From contig NZ_JANWVH010000002.1 in assembly GCF_025056915.1 (NCBI RefSeq), positions 1,024 through 65,023 of the forward strand: a stretch of 64,000 nt of DNA. The letters are read 5' to 3'. Made by a program: the position numbers and the translations under genes. Source of the stretch: Meiothermus sp. (GTDB lineage Bacteria > Deinococcota > Deinococci > Deinococcales > Thermaceae). Below the pieces are notes generated by a model. That model saw nothing but the letters and a program-made list of their open reading frames with translations, did no database searches and was not told the DNA's origin. Position 1 is the stretch's first letter; every line of letters starts with the position of its first letter. Below, in pieces: positions 9,241 through 19,180 of this stretch.

Positions 9241-9431
9241 AGCCCGCGAGGCTTTACCCAACGCCCCGTACGGGGCAAAAAACCTGACGAGAACGGTGCT
9301 CTGACCAGCGCAGGCCCCCGTTGATTCGCACAGGCTCGAGTGACCCCGGACAGCATTCTTCGCGGGCGCCGCTGGACTTGCACAAGCCAAGCGCGCCTTG
9401 CACTGGGCGGAAACCCGGCGCGCGCGGGCTT

Positions 9432-9459
9432 TTGACCCTGGTATACCATGCCCTACAAT
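9432..9459 (+). promoter_or_regulatory. Sigma70-type promoter of metH (TTGACC-N16-TACAAT), probably leaderless
   Basis: TTGACC at 9432-9437 and TACAAT at 9454-9459; an in-frame GTG lies 7 nt downstream at 9467. Confidence 0.7.
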
Positions 9460-9466
9460 GGCCCTT

Positions 9467-12400
9467 GTGAGTGTGAGCGCACCGCGTGACTTCTTCGCCG
9501 AGCAAGGACTCGAGCCCCTCACCGCCCAGGGCTACCAGCGCGCCGCCCGGGCCGAGGCTTTCCCCTACCTGAAAGCCCTCTCCGAGCGGGTGCTGGTCTT
9601 CGACGGGGCCATGGGCACCGAGATTTTCAAATACAGCCTGAGCGACGCCGACTATGGGGGCGAGCAGTACAGCGGCTGCCCCGAGATTCTGAACCGCACC
9701 CGGCCCGATGTGATTGCGGCCATTCACCGGAGCTACCTCGAGGCCGGCGCCGACGTCATCGAGACCAACACCTTCGGCTGCCTGCCCCACGTGCTCTCGG
9801 AATACGGCCTGGAGGCCGAGGCCGAAGACCTGGCCTATGCGGCGGCCCAAATCGCCCGGCAAGTGGCAGAAGCCCACGGCCAGCAGCCCCGCTTCGTGGC
9901 CGGGGCGCTGGGGCCGGGTACCAAGCTCATCTCCCTGGGGCAGATTGGCTGGCGGGAGCTTTTTGAGTCGTACCGCACCGGGGCCAGGGGCCTGGTGCGC
10001 GGGGGGGTGGATCTGCTCCTCATCGAGACCTGCCAGGACATCCTGCAGGTGCGCTGTGCGGTGCTGGCCGCCCGGCAGGCCATGCAGGATGTGGGCCGGG
10101 AGGTGCCCTTGCAGGTGCAGGTCACCATCGAGGCCACCGGCACCATGCTGGTCGGCACCGACGACAGCGCAGCTTTGACCGTGCTGGAAAACCTGCCGGT
10201 GGATGTGGTGGGCATCAACTGCGCCGTGGGGCCCGACCTGATGGACTCCCACATCCGCCACTTCTGCCAAAACAGCACCCGCTGGGTTAGCTGCCTGCCC
10301 AACGCGGGCCTGCCCCGCAACGAGGGGGGCCGGGCGGTGTTCGACCTGACCCCCGCCGAGCTGGCCCGCTGGCAGCTCAAGTTTGTGCAGGAGTACGGCC
10401 TGAACGCGGTGGGCGGCTGCTGCGGCACCGCCCCTGAACACATCGCGGCGCTGGCTCGGGCCGTGGAGGGCCTGAAAAAGCCCGCCGCGCCCGCCCCCGC
10501 AGCCCGGCCCGCCGGGCTGGTGGCCAGCCTTTACCAGAGCGTGCCGCTGCGGCAGGAGACCGGCATTTTGATTGTCGGGGAGCGCACCAACGCCACCGGC
10601 AGCAAGAAGTTTCGGGAGCTTCTGTTTGCGGGCGACTTCGACGGGATGAGCGAGCTGGCCGCCGAGCAGGTGGCCGAAGGGGCCCATGTGCTGGATGTCT
10701 CGGTGGCCTGGACGGGGCGCGACGAGGTGCGCGACATGCGCGAGGTGCTCAAGCGCTTTGCGACCAGCGTGCCCATTCCCATCATGATTGACTCCACCCA
10801 GCCCGAGGTGATGGAGGAGGCCCTGAAGCACCTGGGCGGGCGGGCCATTCTGAACTCGGTCAACCTCGAGGATGGCCTGGAGAAGTTCGACCGGGTGGCG
10901 GCCTTAGCCAAGCGCCACGGGGCCGCGCTGGTGGCATTGACCATTGACGAAGACAAGGAAGCCGGCATGGCCAAAACGGTCGAGCGCAAGGTGGAGATTG
11001 CCCTCCGCATGTACGAGCGCCTGACCCAGGTGCACGGCATTCCGGGGGAGTCGCTTTTGTTCGACCTGCTCACCTTTCCCATCACCCAGGGCGACGAGGA
11101 CACCCGCAAGCTGGCCCTCTGGACCATCGAGGGCATCCGCCGCCTGCGCCAGGAGCTGCCCGAGGTGGGCTTTATCCTGGGCGTCTCCAACGTTTCGTTC
11201 GGGCTTTCGCCCCAGGCCCGGGTGGTGCTCAACTCGGTTTTTCTGGATGAGTGCATCCAGGCCGGTCTGACCGCCGCCATCCTCAATGCGGGCAAGATTC
11301 TGCCCATCCACCAAATCCCGCAGGAGCCCTACCGGCTGGCCCTCGACCTGATTTACGACCGCCGGCAGTGGGGGCCTGCGGGCGAGGTGACCCACGACCC
11401 CCTGTTTGCCTTCGTGGACTATTTCGCCAAGCACAAGAGCGACCGGGCCCAGACCCGCGACCCCCTGGCCGGGCTGCCGCTGGAGGAGCGGCTGCAAAAG
11501 CGGATTATTGAGGGTCGCAAGGTGGGCCTCGAGGCCGACCTCGAGCAGGCCTTGGCCCGGTACAGCCCCGTCGAAATCATCAACAAAATTCTGCTGGAGG
11601 GGATGAAGGTGGTGGGCGATTTGTTCGGCGCGGGCAAGATGCAGCTGCCCTTCGTGCTTCAGGCCGCCGAGACCATGAAGGCTGCGGTCAGCTACCTCGA
11701 GCCCCGCATGGAGAAGCTCGAGGGCGTCCACAAGGGCACCATGGTGCTGGCTACGGTCAAGGGCGATGTGCACGACATCGGCAAGAACTTAGTGGACATC
11801 ATCCTCTCCAACAACGGCTACAAGGTGGTGAACCTGGGCATCAAGAAGCCCATCGAGGAGATTCTGGCCGCCGTGGAGGCGCACCGGCCCGACGCGGTGG
11901 GCATGAGCGGGCTGCTGGTCAAGAGCACCGTGGTCATGAAGGAAAACCTCGAGTACATGGCCGCGCGGGGCTACCAGATCCCGGTGGTGCTGGGCGGGGC
12001 CGCGCTCAACCGGCACTATGTGGAAAACGACCTGCGCCAGACCTACACCACCGGCCAGGTCTACTACGCCTCCGACGCCTTCGACGGGCTGCAAATCATG
12101 GAGGAGCTGACCGGTCATGCCCCGCCCCGCCTGACCAGCCGCGAGGTGAGCGGACACAAATACAAAACCGCCTACGAGATTCTGCAGGAGAAGCTGATGG
12201 CCGGTTCGGAGTACATCCCTTCCAACATCCCCCCCGCCCCCCGCATCCCCAGGCCACCCTTCTGGGGCCGGCGGGTGGTGGACGCAGGCGAACTCGAGAT
12301 TGGGGTTATCTCGCGCTACGTGAACAAAAACGCCCTCTTCCGGGGACAGTGGGGTTTCCGCCGGGGCGAGATGAGCCAGCCGGAGTACGAGGCCTACCTC

Positions 12401-13099
12401 GAGCGGCTGGCCGAGCCCATGTTCGAGGAGATGGTGCTGCAAGCCATGGGCGAGGGCTGGCTCGAGCCCGCCGTGGTCTATGGCTACTGGCCGGTGGCCT
12501 CGGACAAAAACGACCTGATTGTCTTCGACCCGGACACAGGTCTAGAACTCTTCCGCTTCAACTTTCCCCGTCAGATGGGCGCGGGCTCCCGCCACCTCTG
12601 CATCGCCGACTTCTTCCGCCCCCGCCACGCCGAGCCCATCGGAGACGAGCCCTCGTGGTTTCCCCCGGCGGCCTGGGCCAACGGCGCGCGGGACGTGCTG
12701 GCCGCGCAGGTGGTCACCATGGGGCGCAAGGTTTCGCAGGTGGCCCAGGAGCTATTCAAGGCCGATGCCTACCAGGATTACCTCTACCTGCACGGCTTCT
12801 CGGTGGAGATGGCCGAGGCCTTGGCCGAGTACTGGCACAAGCGCATCCGCCAGCAGCTAGGCATCGCCCAGGACGACGCCACCAGCCTGGAAGAACTCTT
12901 CCGCCAGGGCTACCAGGGCAGCCGCTACAGCTTTGGCTACCCGGCCTGCCCCCGCCTGGAGGACCAGAAACACCTCCAGGATTTGCTCCAGTGGCAGGAG
13001 ATTGGCGTGGAACTGAGCGAGGAGTACCAGCTCCACCCCGAGCAGTCCACCAGCGCCATCGTGGCCCATCACCCCTCGGCGCGCTACTTCAACCTCTGA
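9467..13099 (+). CDS. metH: B12-dependent methionine synthase
   Basis: DGAMGT, GINCAVGP, GGCCGT (Hcy/Zn), IVGERTN (pterin), GDVHDIGKN (cobalamin), RYSFGYPACP (reactivation). Start reassigned from promoter geometry. Confidence 0.97.
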   Translation: MSVSAPRDFFAEQGLEPLTAQGYQRAARAEAFPYLKALSERVLVFDGAMGTEIFKYSLSDADYGGEQYSGCPEILNRTRPDVIAAIHRSYLEAGADVIETNTFGCLPHVLSEYGLEAEAEDLAYAAAQIARQVAEAHGQQPRFVAGALGPGTKLISLGQIGWRELFESYRTGARGLVRGGVDLLLIETCQDILQVRCAVLAARQAMQDVGREVPLQVQVTIEATGTMLVGTDDSAALTVLENLPVDVVGINCAVGPDLMDSHIRHFCQNSTRWVSCLPNAGLPRNEGGRAVFDLTPAELARWQLKFVQEYGLNAVGGCCGTAPEHIAALARAVEGLKKPAAPAPAARPAGLVASLYQSVPLRQETGILIVGERTNATGSKKFRELLFAGDFDGMSELAAEQVAEGAHVLDVSVAWTGRDEVRDMREVLKRFATSVPIPIMIDSTQPEVMEEALKHLGGRAILNSVNLEDGLEKFDRVAALAKRHGAALVALTIDEDKEAGMAKTVERKVEIALRMYERLTQVHGIPGESLLFDLLTFPITQGDEDTRKLALWTIEGIRRLRQELPEVGFILGVSNVSFGLSPQARVVLNSVFLDECIQAGLTAAILNAGKILPIHQIPQEPYRLALDLIYDRRQWGPAGEVTHDPLFAFVDYFAKHKSDRAQTRDPLAGLPLEERLQKRIIEGRKVGLEADLEQALARYSPVEIINKILLEGMKVVGDLFGAGKMQLPFVLQAAETMKAAVSYLEPRMEKLEGVHKGTMVLATVKGDVHDIGKNLVDIILSNNGYKVVNLGIKKPIEEILAAVEAHRPDAVGMSGLLVKSTVVMKENLEYMAARGYQIPVVLGGAALNRHYVENDLRQTYTTGQVYYASDAFDGLQIMEELTGHAPPRLTSREVSGHKYKTAYEILQEKLMAGSEYIPSNIPPAPRIPRPPFWGRRVVDAGELEIGVISRYVNKNALFRGQWGFRRGEMSQPEYEAYLERLAEPMFEEMVLQAMGEGWLEPAVVYGYWPVASDKNDLIVFDPDTGLELFRFNFPRQMGAGSRHLCIADFFRPRHAEPIGDEPSWFPPAAWANGARDVLAAQVVTMGRKVSQVAQELFKADAYQDYLYLHGFSVEMAEALAEYWHKRIRQQLGIAQDDATSLEELFRQGYQGSRYSFGYPACPRLEDQKHLQDLLQWQEIGVELSEEYQLHPEQSTSAIVAHHPSARYFNL

Positions 13100-13175
13100 C
13101 CAGAGTGCTCTTCGGCGGTGGTCTGCATCGCCGCACCGTGCCTGCCCATCCAGCGGCCATTGTTCAGGAAACCGC

Positions 13176-14279
13176 TCACTCCCCAGTAACGTCCGTCATT
13201 ATGGCCTCGAGCCGGCCCAGGTGGGCCTCGAGCGCCTCGGGGGTATCGGCGCGCAGGGTGATGTGCCCCACCTTTCTGCCGGGACGGGGTTCCTTGCCGT
13301 ACAGGTGGAGGTGCGCCCCTGGAACCGCCAGCACCTTTGCTGCTTCGGGCCGCTCTCCAATCAGGTTGAGCATGGCCGCGTGCCCCCTGGCCGCAGTGGA
13401 ACCTAAGGGCCAGCCCAGCACCGCCCGCAGGTGGTTTTCAAACTGGCTGGTCTCGGCCCCCTCGATCGTCCAGTGGCCGGAGTTGTGCACCCGGGGGGCC
13501 ATCTCGTTGGCCCAGAGCGCACCCTCGACCTCGAACAGCTCGATAGCCAGTACCCCCACGTAGTCCAGTTTCTCCATCACCCGAAGGGCGATGCTTTCGG
13601 CTTCGTGTTGCAGGCGGGCCGGGGTCGCCGGGGCGGGCGCCAGGCTTTTGCGCAGGATGCCCCCGGCGTGGTGGTTTTCCACCAGCGGATAAAACCCCAC
13701 CTGGCCGCTTCGGCTCCGCACCGACAGGATCGAAAGCTCACGCTCAAACGGCACGAAGGCTTCCAGAATAAGGGGCTGCCCCCCCAGCTGGGCCCAGGCC
13801 GCTTCCACCTCGGCAGGCGAACGCAGGAGCTGTTGGCCTTTGCCGTCATAGCCCAGCCGACGGGTTTTGAGCAGGGCCGGAAAGCCGGTGCGCTCCAGGC
13901 CATCCAGCAGGTCGTTGTGGGTCTGTACCGGGTAGAACAGCGGGGTCGGAATGCCCAGGCCCTGAAAAAAGGTCTTTTCGGCAACCCGATCCTGGGCAAC
14001 CTCGAGCGCCCTGGGCGGCGGGTAGACCGGCAGGCGCTCGGCCAGCCAGGTCGCTGCGGCCAGCGGCACGTTCTCGAACTCGTAGGTTACAAGCTCGAGG
14101 CCCTCGGCAAAGCGCGCCAGCAAGCTCTCGTCGGTATAATCGCCTACCAGCAGCTCGGCCAGCGGCCCCGCCGGGGCCTCGGCCACCGAATCCAGAAACC
14201 GAAAGCGAAGCCCCAGGGGATACCCGGCCAACGCCAGCATTCGCCCCAGCTGTCCACCTCCCAAAACGCCTACTCGCAC
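13176..14279 (-). CDS. purK: N5-CAIR synthetase
   Basis: GVLGGGQLGRM, TYEFENV, LKTRRLGYDGKGQ, NEMAPRVHNSGHWT, SQFENH, RKVGH. Confidence 0.96.
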   Translation of the reverse strand: MRVGVLGGGQLGRMLALAGYPLGLRFRFLDSVAEAPAGPLAELLVGDYTDESLLARFAEGLELVTYEFENVPLAAATWLAERLPVYPPPRALEVAQDRVAEKTFFQGLGIPTPLFYPVQTHNDLLDGLERTGFPALLKTRRLGYDGKGQQLLRSPAEVEAAWAQLGGQPLILEAFVPFERELSILSVRSRSGQVGFYPLVENHHAGGILRKSLAPAPATPARLQHEAESIALRVMEKLDYVGVLAIELFEVEGALWANEMAPRVHNSGHWTIEGAETSQFENHLRAVLGWPLGSTAARGHAAMLNLIGERPEAAKVLAVPGAHLHLYGKEPRPGRKVGHITLRADTPEALEAHLGRLEAIMTDVTGE

Positions 14280-14462
14280 GCCAATAGCCTACTCGAGGTT
14301 GGTTCAAGAGCCCAATAGCACAGCCAGGCATGGTCGGAGGGGTTTGTGCTCCGGCGCTGGCCTGGTGCGCCCGGAGCCCGGTGGGGCCCCAGGTTGCAGG
14401 TCCTTTGGCAACCCGACCGCAGCAGCGAGAATATAGCCTGGAATAGGCCCACCGTCCGGCCC

Positions 14463-17400
14463 CTAGCGATCCGGCCCGAGCGAGGTGAGCAGCAGTCGCT
14501 CGTTGGGCTCCGCCGGCGGCCAATGCTCAATCGGGACGGGGTGGCCCACCAGATACCCCTGAACCAGATCGCAGTCGTTCTCGTGCAGCCACTCGAGCTG
14601 CTGGAAGGTCTCTACACCCTCGGCCACCACATCGGCCTCGAGGCTATGCGCCAGGTCTATGGCCGCCCGAACCAGTTTCTCATCCCGCACACTGCTGCCC
14701 AGATAGCTTATGAAGCTGCGGTCTATTTTGAGCCGATCCAGGGGTAGCTGGCGCAGGTAGCCCAGCGATGCGTAGCCGCTGCCAAAATCGTCAATCGCCA
14801 CCCGAACCCCCAGGGCCTTGAATACGCTGAGCACCCTGCGGGCCTGGTCGGGGTCGCGCAGCAGGACACTCTCGGTAATTTCCAGGGTGAGCCACTGGGG
14901 GTCTACCTGGGCCTCGGTCAGTTGCTGCAACAGTTCCCGAACCACCTCCGGCTGCACCAGCGACTGGGTGGAGATGTTGAGCGACAGGCGATACGGTTGT
15001 TTGCGCTGATGCCACTGCCTTAGCTGCTTTAAACCTTTTCGCAAAGCCAGCAGATCCATCTGCTCGACCAGATGAACCTCCTCGGCCAGGGGTACAAACT
15101 CCGAGGCGCTCAACACTTTTTCCTGATATGGCCAGCACAAAAGCGCTTCCGCTCCCTCGATGCAGCGCTTCTTGAGGTGCCAGATTGGCTGATATAGCAT
15201 CTGGAGCTGTTGCTCCTGGGTGGCTTTGCGCAAATCCCCCTCAAATTGCAGTCGCTCATCGGTGTAAGGGCTTTTGGAAGGGTCGTAGATCACCACCCGG
15301 CTGCCGGAGTCCTTGGCCTGGTACATGGCGATATCGGCGACCTTGAGCAGTTCGACAAACGAACGTCCATCCTTGGGGAAGCTGGCAATGCCCACGCTCA
15401 CCCCCAGGCTGGGCAGGTTGAGCGAGGAGTTGCCCACACCCAGGGTGCTGCGAATTGCCTTGGACATACGAAAGGCGACTTGCTGGGCCTGCTCTGCGTC
15501 GGTGTTGTACAGAATACAAGCAAACTCATCGCCTCCCAGCCGGGCCAGCACATCGTCGGAACGAAGCTGTTTGCTCAGAATCTGCGAGACCTCCACCAGC
15601 AGCTCGTCGCCCACATCGTGCCCCAGGGTATCGTTGACGGTTTTGAAATTGTCCAGATCGAGATAGAGCAGGCTTACCGGGGTTTCCTGCAAGGCCGCTC
15701 TGGTCAGCGACTCCTCGGCTGCCCGCCGCAAGGCCCGGCGGTTGGGTAGCTTGGTCAGCTCATCGTGGTAGGCCATATATTCGACATAGGCCTGTTGCCG
15801 CTTTCGTTCGCTGATATCGCGCATCCCGACCACAATTCCCTGCAATGCCTCGGTGTCGTCCCAAACAAAGTTGATCAGCGCCTCAATCCAGATGGGGTGT
15901 TTGTCTTTATGCAGGCATTCATACTCCACCTTGAAAGCACGTCGCTCTCGTATGGCCTGAAAGGCCTCCTGCCTCAAGCGGCCCCAATCCTTGGCTGCAA
16001 CCAGGGTTGAGACACGCCGTCCCATCAGCTCCTCGGGCGTGTAGCCCAAGACCTGCCTCACGGATGGCGTGATGTATTGAATGGTTGCTTTCGGGTCCAG
16101 CAACAACACCACATCCTGGATGGAGTTGGTGATCTGGCGCAGGCGGTACTCCCGTTCCCGCAGGGTTTCTTCAGCCTGGCGCCGCTCGGTGACATCGCGG
16201 CCACTGACCACGCTGCCAATGGGGTTTCCCTGCCCATCGAAGATAAAGTTGACCAGGGTGTCAATCCAGAGGTAATGACCCTCCGCGTGCAAATAGCGAG
16301 CCTCGAGGCGGTACGATCTCTCCCCCGCAAGGCTTCGCTCAGCCAGAAGCATGGCCTTGGCCCGGTCTTCGGGAACCAGGTAATCGAAGGCCAGGCGGCC
16401 CAGCATCTCTTCCGGCCTGTAGCCCAGCAAGCGCTCCACCGAGGGCGTAACGTAGCGAAAATAACCCGACAGATCGGTCAAGGCCACCACATCCTGCATG
16501 GCATCGGTAATTTGCCGCAGCATCTGTTCGCTCTGGCGCACCGCCTGCTCGGCCTGGTAGCGTTCGGTGACATCTCGAATCCCCGTCACCGCACCCCGGT
16601 CGCGGCCCTGGGCGTCGAACAGGAAGTTGATTGAGGCTTCCATATGGAGTTCGCGGCCATCGGGTCGCACAAAAGTGAAGCTGGACTGGGCGTGGGGTTG
16701 TTCAGGGGTTGCGGCTGCCGACAGATCCCGAAAGCGCTGCGACTGTTCGGCATCCAGCAGGTCATAAGCCGAGCGACCCAGGATGGCCTCAGGAGCCATG
16801 CCCACCACTTTCTGCACCGAGGGGGTAATGTAGCGAACGATGGCGTTTTCGTCGGTCAGCATTACGATATCCTGAATGGCGTCGGTAATCTGCCGCAGCA
16901 TCTGCTCGCTTCGCCGCAGTTGTTCCTCAGCCTCGCGGCGGTCTTGAATCTGGCGAGCACCCAGTACCATCCGCACGGGCCGGCCCTCCGGGTCGTGGAT
17001 GAAATCGAGGTTGGTCTCGAGCCAGACCCTGAAGCCCTCCCGGTGGCAATGTTGATACTCCAGCCGCAACGAGCGTCTTTCCTCGCGTGCAGCCCGCACC
17101 GCCTCCAACACCCATGGTTGGTCTTCTGTGTCGAAGAAGTCAAACGCACTGCGGCCCAGGAGTTCCTCGGGGTCGTAGCCGAGCGCGGCCTTGACTGAAG
17201 GCGTGACGTATTCAATCCTGCCGTCCAGGTCGAGCAGCAAAACTACGTCGCGCATGGAGTTGGTCAGCTCGCGTAGCCGCTGTTCACTCTGACGCACGGC
17301 CTGCTCGGCCTGATAGCGCGTGGTCACATCACGCACGCCCACGACCGCCCCCTGAAACACATCCTCCGGCCCAAAGAGAAAATTAATGGAAGCCTCCAAA

Positions 17401-18227
17401 ACCCGCGGTCGGCCGTCGGGATGCTGATACACAAAACCCGCCTGCGCCGTGTGCTTTTGTGGCGTGGCGTCACGAATCATCTGCTCAAAAATGCGGGCTT
17501 GCTCGGGGTCTAGCACACTGTAAGCTGAACAACCTATCAAATCCTCTGGCTTCAGACCCGCCACAGGGAAAATCGAGGGAGTCGCGTACTGAATGATGGC
17601 CTCAGCGTCGGTTAGCAGCACCACATCCTGCACCGTCTCGGCAATCTGGCGGAGTATCCTCTCACTTCTCAGGCGGTCTTCTTCGGCCCGTTCATAGGCC
17701 GAAATTTCCTGCCCGATGGCGGTGGTTCCGACCACCCGGCCCTGCTCATCTCGCAGCAGGGAGATATTCCACAAAACCTGCCTTTGTTCGCCCTGCCGGG
17801 TCAAAATGTGGGTCTTGTGCTGGGGCGCGACTTCGGCCTGGGCTATGACCTTCGCATAACCCTCCTGGCCGCGCTCCTGGGGTGGAACGAACACCTCGAA
17901 CCAGTTGCGTCCGGCGACTTCGGGCCATGTCCAGCCGGTGAGCTCGAGCAAATACCGGTTGCAAAAAATGATCCGGCCCTCTCGATCCAGTTTCACAACC
18001 AGCAGATCTACATTTTGAAAAACTTCCTCCGACTGTCGCTCGGAAAGGCGGTACTTGCGCTCGAGCCCTCTCAACTGCAAGTACAAAAGCGCTACCAGAA
18101 CAAAAAAAAGCGAAATCGCCAGCAACAAGTCCCAGGGATGGGGGAGCTGTAGAAATCCCGCAAACAAAAGCCCTGCCGGCACAACTGCCATTGGTGCCCA
18201 CCGGTAGGCTTGTTTGCTCATGTTCAC
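14463..18227 (-). CDS. Membrane-anchored 6xPAS/PAC-GGDEF-EAL c-di-GMP signalling protein
   Basis: Two N-terminal TM helices, six PAS/PAC repeats, RSDD I-site plus ARLGGDEF, EALLCW, DDFGSGYASL, KIDRSF, EGVE. Start placed at GTG 18227, 7 nt after TAAAAT; the ORF track uses ATG 18236. Confidence 0.92.
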   Translation of the reverse strand: MNMSKQAYRWAPMAVVPAGLLFAGFLQLPHPWDLLLAISLFFVLVALLYLQLRGLERKYRLSERQSEEVFQNVDLLVVKLDREGRIIFCNRYLLELTGWTWPEVAGRNWFEVFVPPQERGQEGYAKVIAQAEVAPQHKTHILTRQGEQRQVLWNISLLRDEQGRVVGTTAIGQEISAYERAEEDRLRSERILRQIAETVQDVVLLTDAEAIIQYATPSIFPVAGLKPEDLIGCSAYSVLDPEQARIFEQMIRDATPQKHTAQAGFVYQHPDGRPRVLEASINFLFGPEDVFQGAVVGVRDVTTRYQAEQAVRQSEQRLRELTNSMRDVVLLLDLDGRIEYVTPSVKAALGYDPEELLGRSAFDFFDTEDQPWVLEAVRAAREERRSLRLEYQHCHREGFRVWLETNLDFIHDPEGRPVRMVLGARQIQDRREAEEQLRRSEQMLRQITDAIQDIVMLTDENAIVRYITPSVQKVVGMAPEAILGRSAYDLLDAEQSQRFRDLSAAATPEQPHAQSSFTFVRPDGRELHMEASINFLFDAQGRDRGAVTGIRDVTERYQAEQAVRQSEQMLRQITDAMQDVVALTDLSGYFRYVTPSVERLLGYRPEEMLGRLAFDYLVPEDRAKAMLLAERSLAGERSYRLEARYLHAEGHYLWIDTLVNFIFDGQGNPIGSVVSGRDVTERRQAEETLREREYRLRQITNSIQDVVLLLDPKATIQYITPSVRQVLGYTPEELMGRRVSTLVAAKDWGRLRQEAFQAIRERRAFKVEYECLHKDKHPIWIEALINFVWDDTEALQGIVVGMRDISERKRQQAYVEYMAYHDELTKLPNRRALRRAAEESLTRAALQETPVSLLYLDLDNFKTVNDTLGHDVGDELLVEVSQILSKQLRSDDVLARLGGDEFACILYNTDAEQAQQVAFRMSKAIRSTLGVGNSSLNLPSLGVSVGIASFPKDGRSFVELLKVADIAMYQAKDSGSRVVIYDPSKSPYTDERLQFEGDLRKATQEQQLQMLYQPIWHLKKRCIEGAEALLCWPYQEKVLSASEFVPLAEEVHLVEQMDLLALRKGLKQLRQWHQRKQPYRLSLNISTQSLVQPEVVRELLQQLTEAQVDPQWLTLEITESVLLRDPDQARRVLSVFKALGVRVAIDDFGSGYASLGYLRQLPLDRLKIDRSFISYLGSSVRDEKLVRAAIDLAHSLEADVVAEGVETFQQLEWLHENDCDLVQGYLVGHPVPIEHWPPAEPNERLLLTSLGPDR

Positions 18228-18289
18228 CCTGCTCATTTTAAGACAACACCTATGCAGGCTTTGCTAAAAACTGCCTGTTGCTGGCAATA

Positions 18290-18796
18290 TCACCCTCCTG
18301 GACGGGGGTCTGGCTCGGCCAAAACGGACTCGGTCTGGGTTTTGCGGTACTGCTCCAGGGCGCGCTTGCATTGAGGATATTTGTTACCCAGGATACTAAC
18401 GGCCAGCAGGGCCGCATTGACCGCACCTGCCCGACCGATGGCCAGGGTGCCTACGGGCACTCCAGCCGGCATCTGCACGATAGACAATAGGGAATCTAGC
18501 CCCTTCAGGCTTCTGGATTCCACCGGAACCCCCAGCACCGGAAGGCTGGTTTTGGCAGCGGTCATGCCCGGCAGGTGAGCGGCCCCACCGGCCCCGGCGA
18601 TGATCACCTCGAGGCCCCGCGCGGCAGCTTCTTCGGCATACCTGAACAGCAGATCCGGCGTTCGGTGGGCCGAAACCACCCGCACTTCGTAAGGAACCTC
18701 GAGTTCCTCTAAGGTTTGTGCAGCATGCTGCATGGTCTCCCAGTCCGACTTAGAACCCATAATGATTCCAACCAGGGGATAATCGGGCAGGTTCAT
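18290..18796 (-). CDS. purE: N5-CAIR mutase
   Basis: [45 protein letters not shown]. Confidence 0.97.
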   Translation of the reverse strand: MNLPDYPLVGIIMGSKSDWETMQHAAQTLEELEVPYEVRVVSAHRTPDLLFRYAEEAAARGLEVIIAGAGGAAHLPGMTAAKTSLPVLGVPVESRSLKGLDSLLSIVQMPAGVPVGTLAIGRAGAVNAALLAVSILGNKYPQCKRALEQYRKTQTESVLAEPDPRPGG

Positions 18797-19180
18797 TGCA
18801 TAGCAGTTTAGCGCAAAGGGCTTGGTGCCCCGTCTATCCTGTGCCCCGAATCCAGGTAACAGCCTTCACACCCCATCGCCAATCCTTTTGCCCCAAACCC
18901 CTTCGGCGCCTGCTTCCAGAAAAGGGCCCTTCGCCGGCCATCAACCCTGCAGGACGCCCCTTGCGAAGCGGCCCCCCGGGATGGGGGCAGCGGGTTCACC
19001 CCTCACAGCCAACTCTCGGGGCCATAGGGGGAACGTCTGTGGAACAGGCGCTCCGCAAAAATGCTGTTATTTCCCAGGATAAATGGAGTTTAGCAGAAAT
19101 TGACCATAACACAACCCGATTTTTCTTGAACCGGGTTGACCTAGATTGACGGCAAGCGCCCAACGGCGCAAGGAGAAAAA

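Noticed and set aside
9263-9282. Perfect palindrome gccccgtacggggc plus A-tract; the metH leader as a SAM, SAH or B12 riboswitch
   Set aside because: The hairpin is not followed by a U-tract on either strand, and I found no riboswitch consensus. Promoter geometry suggests metH is leaderless.
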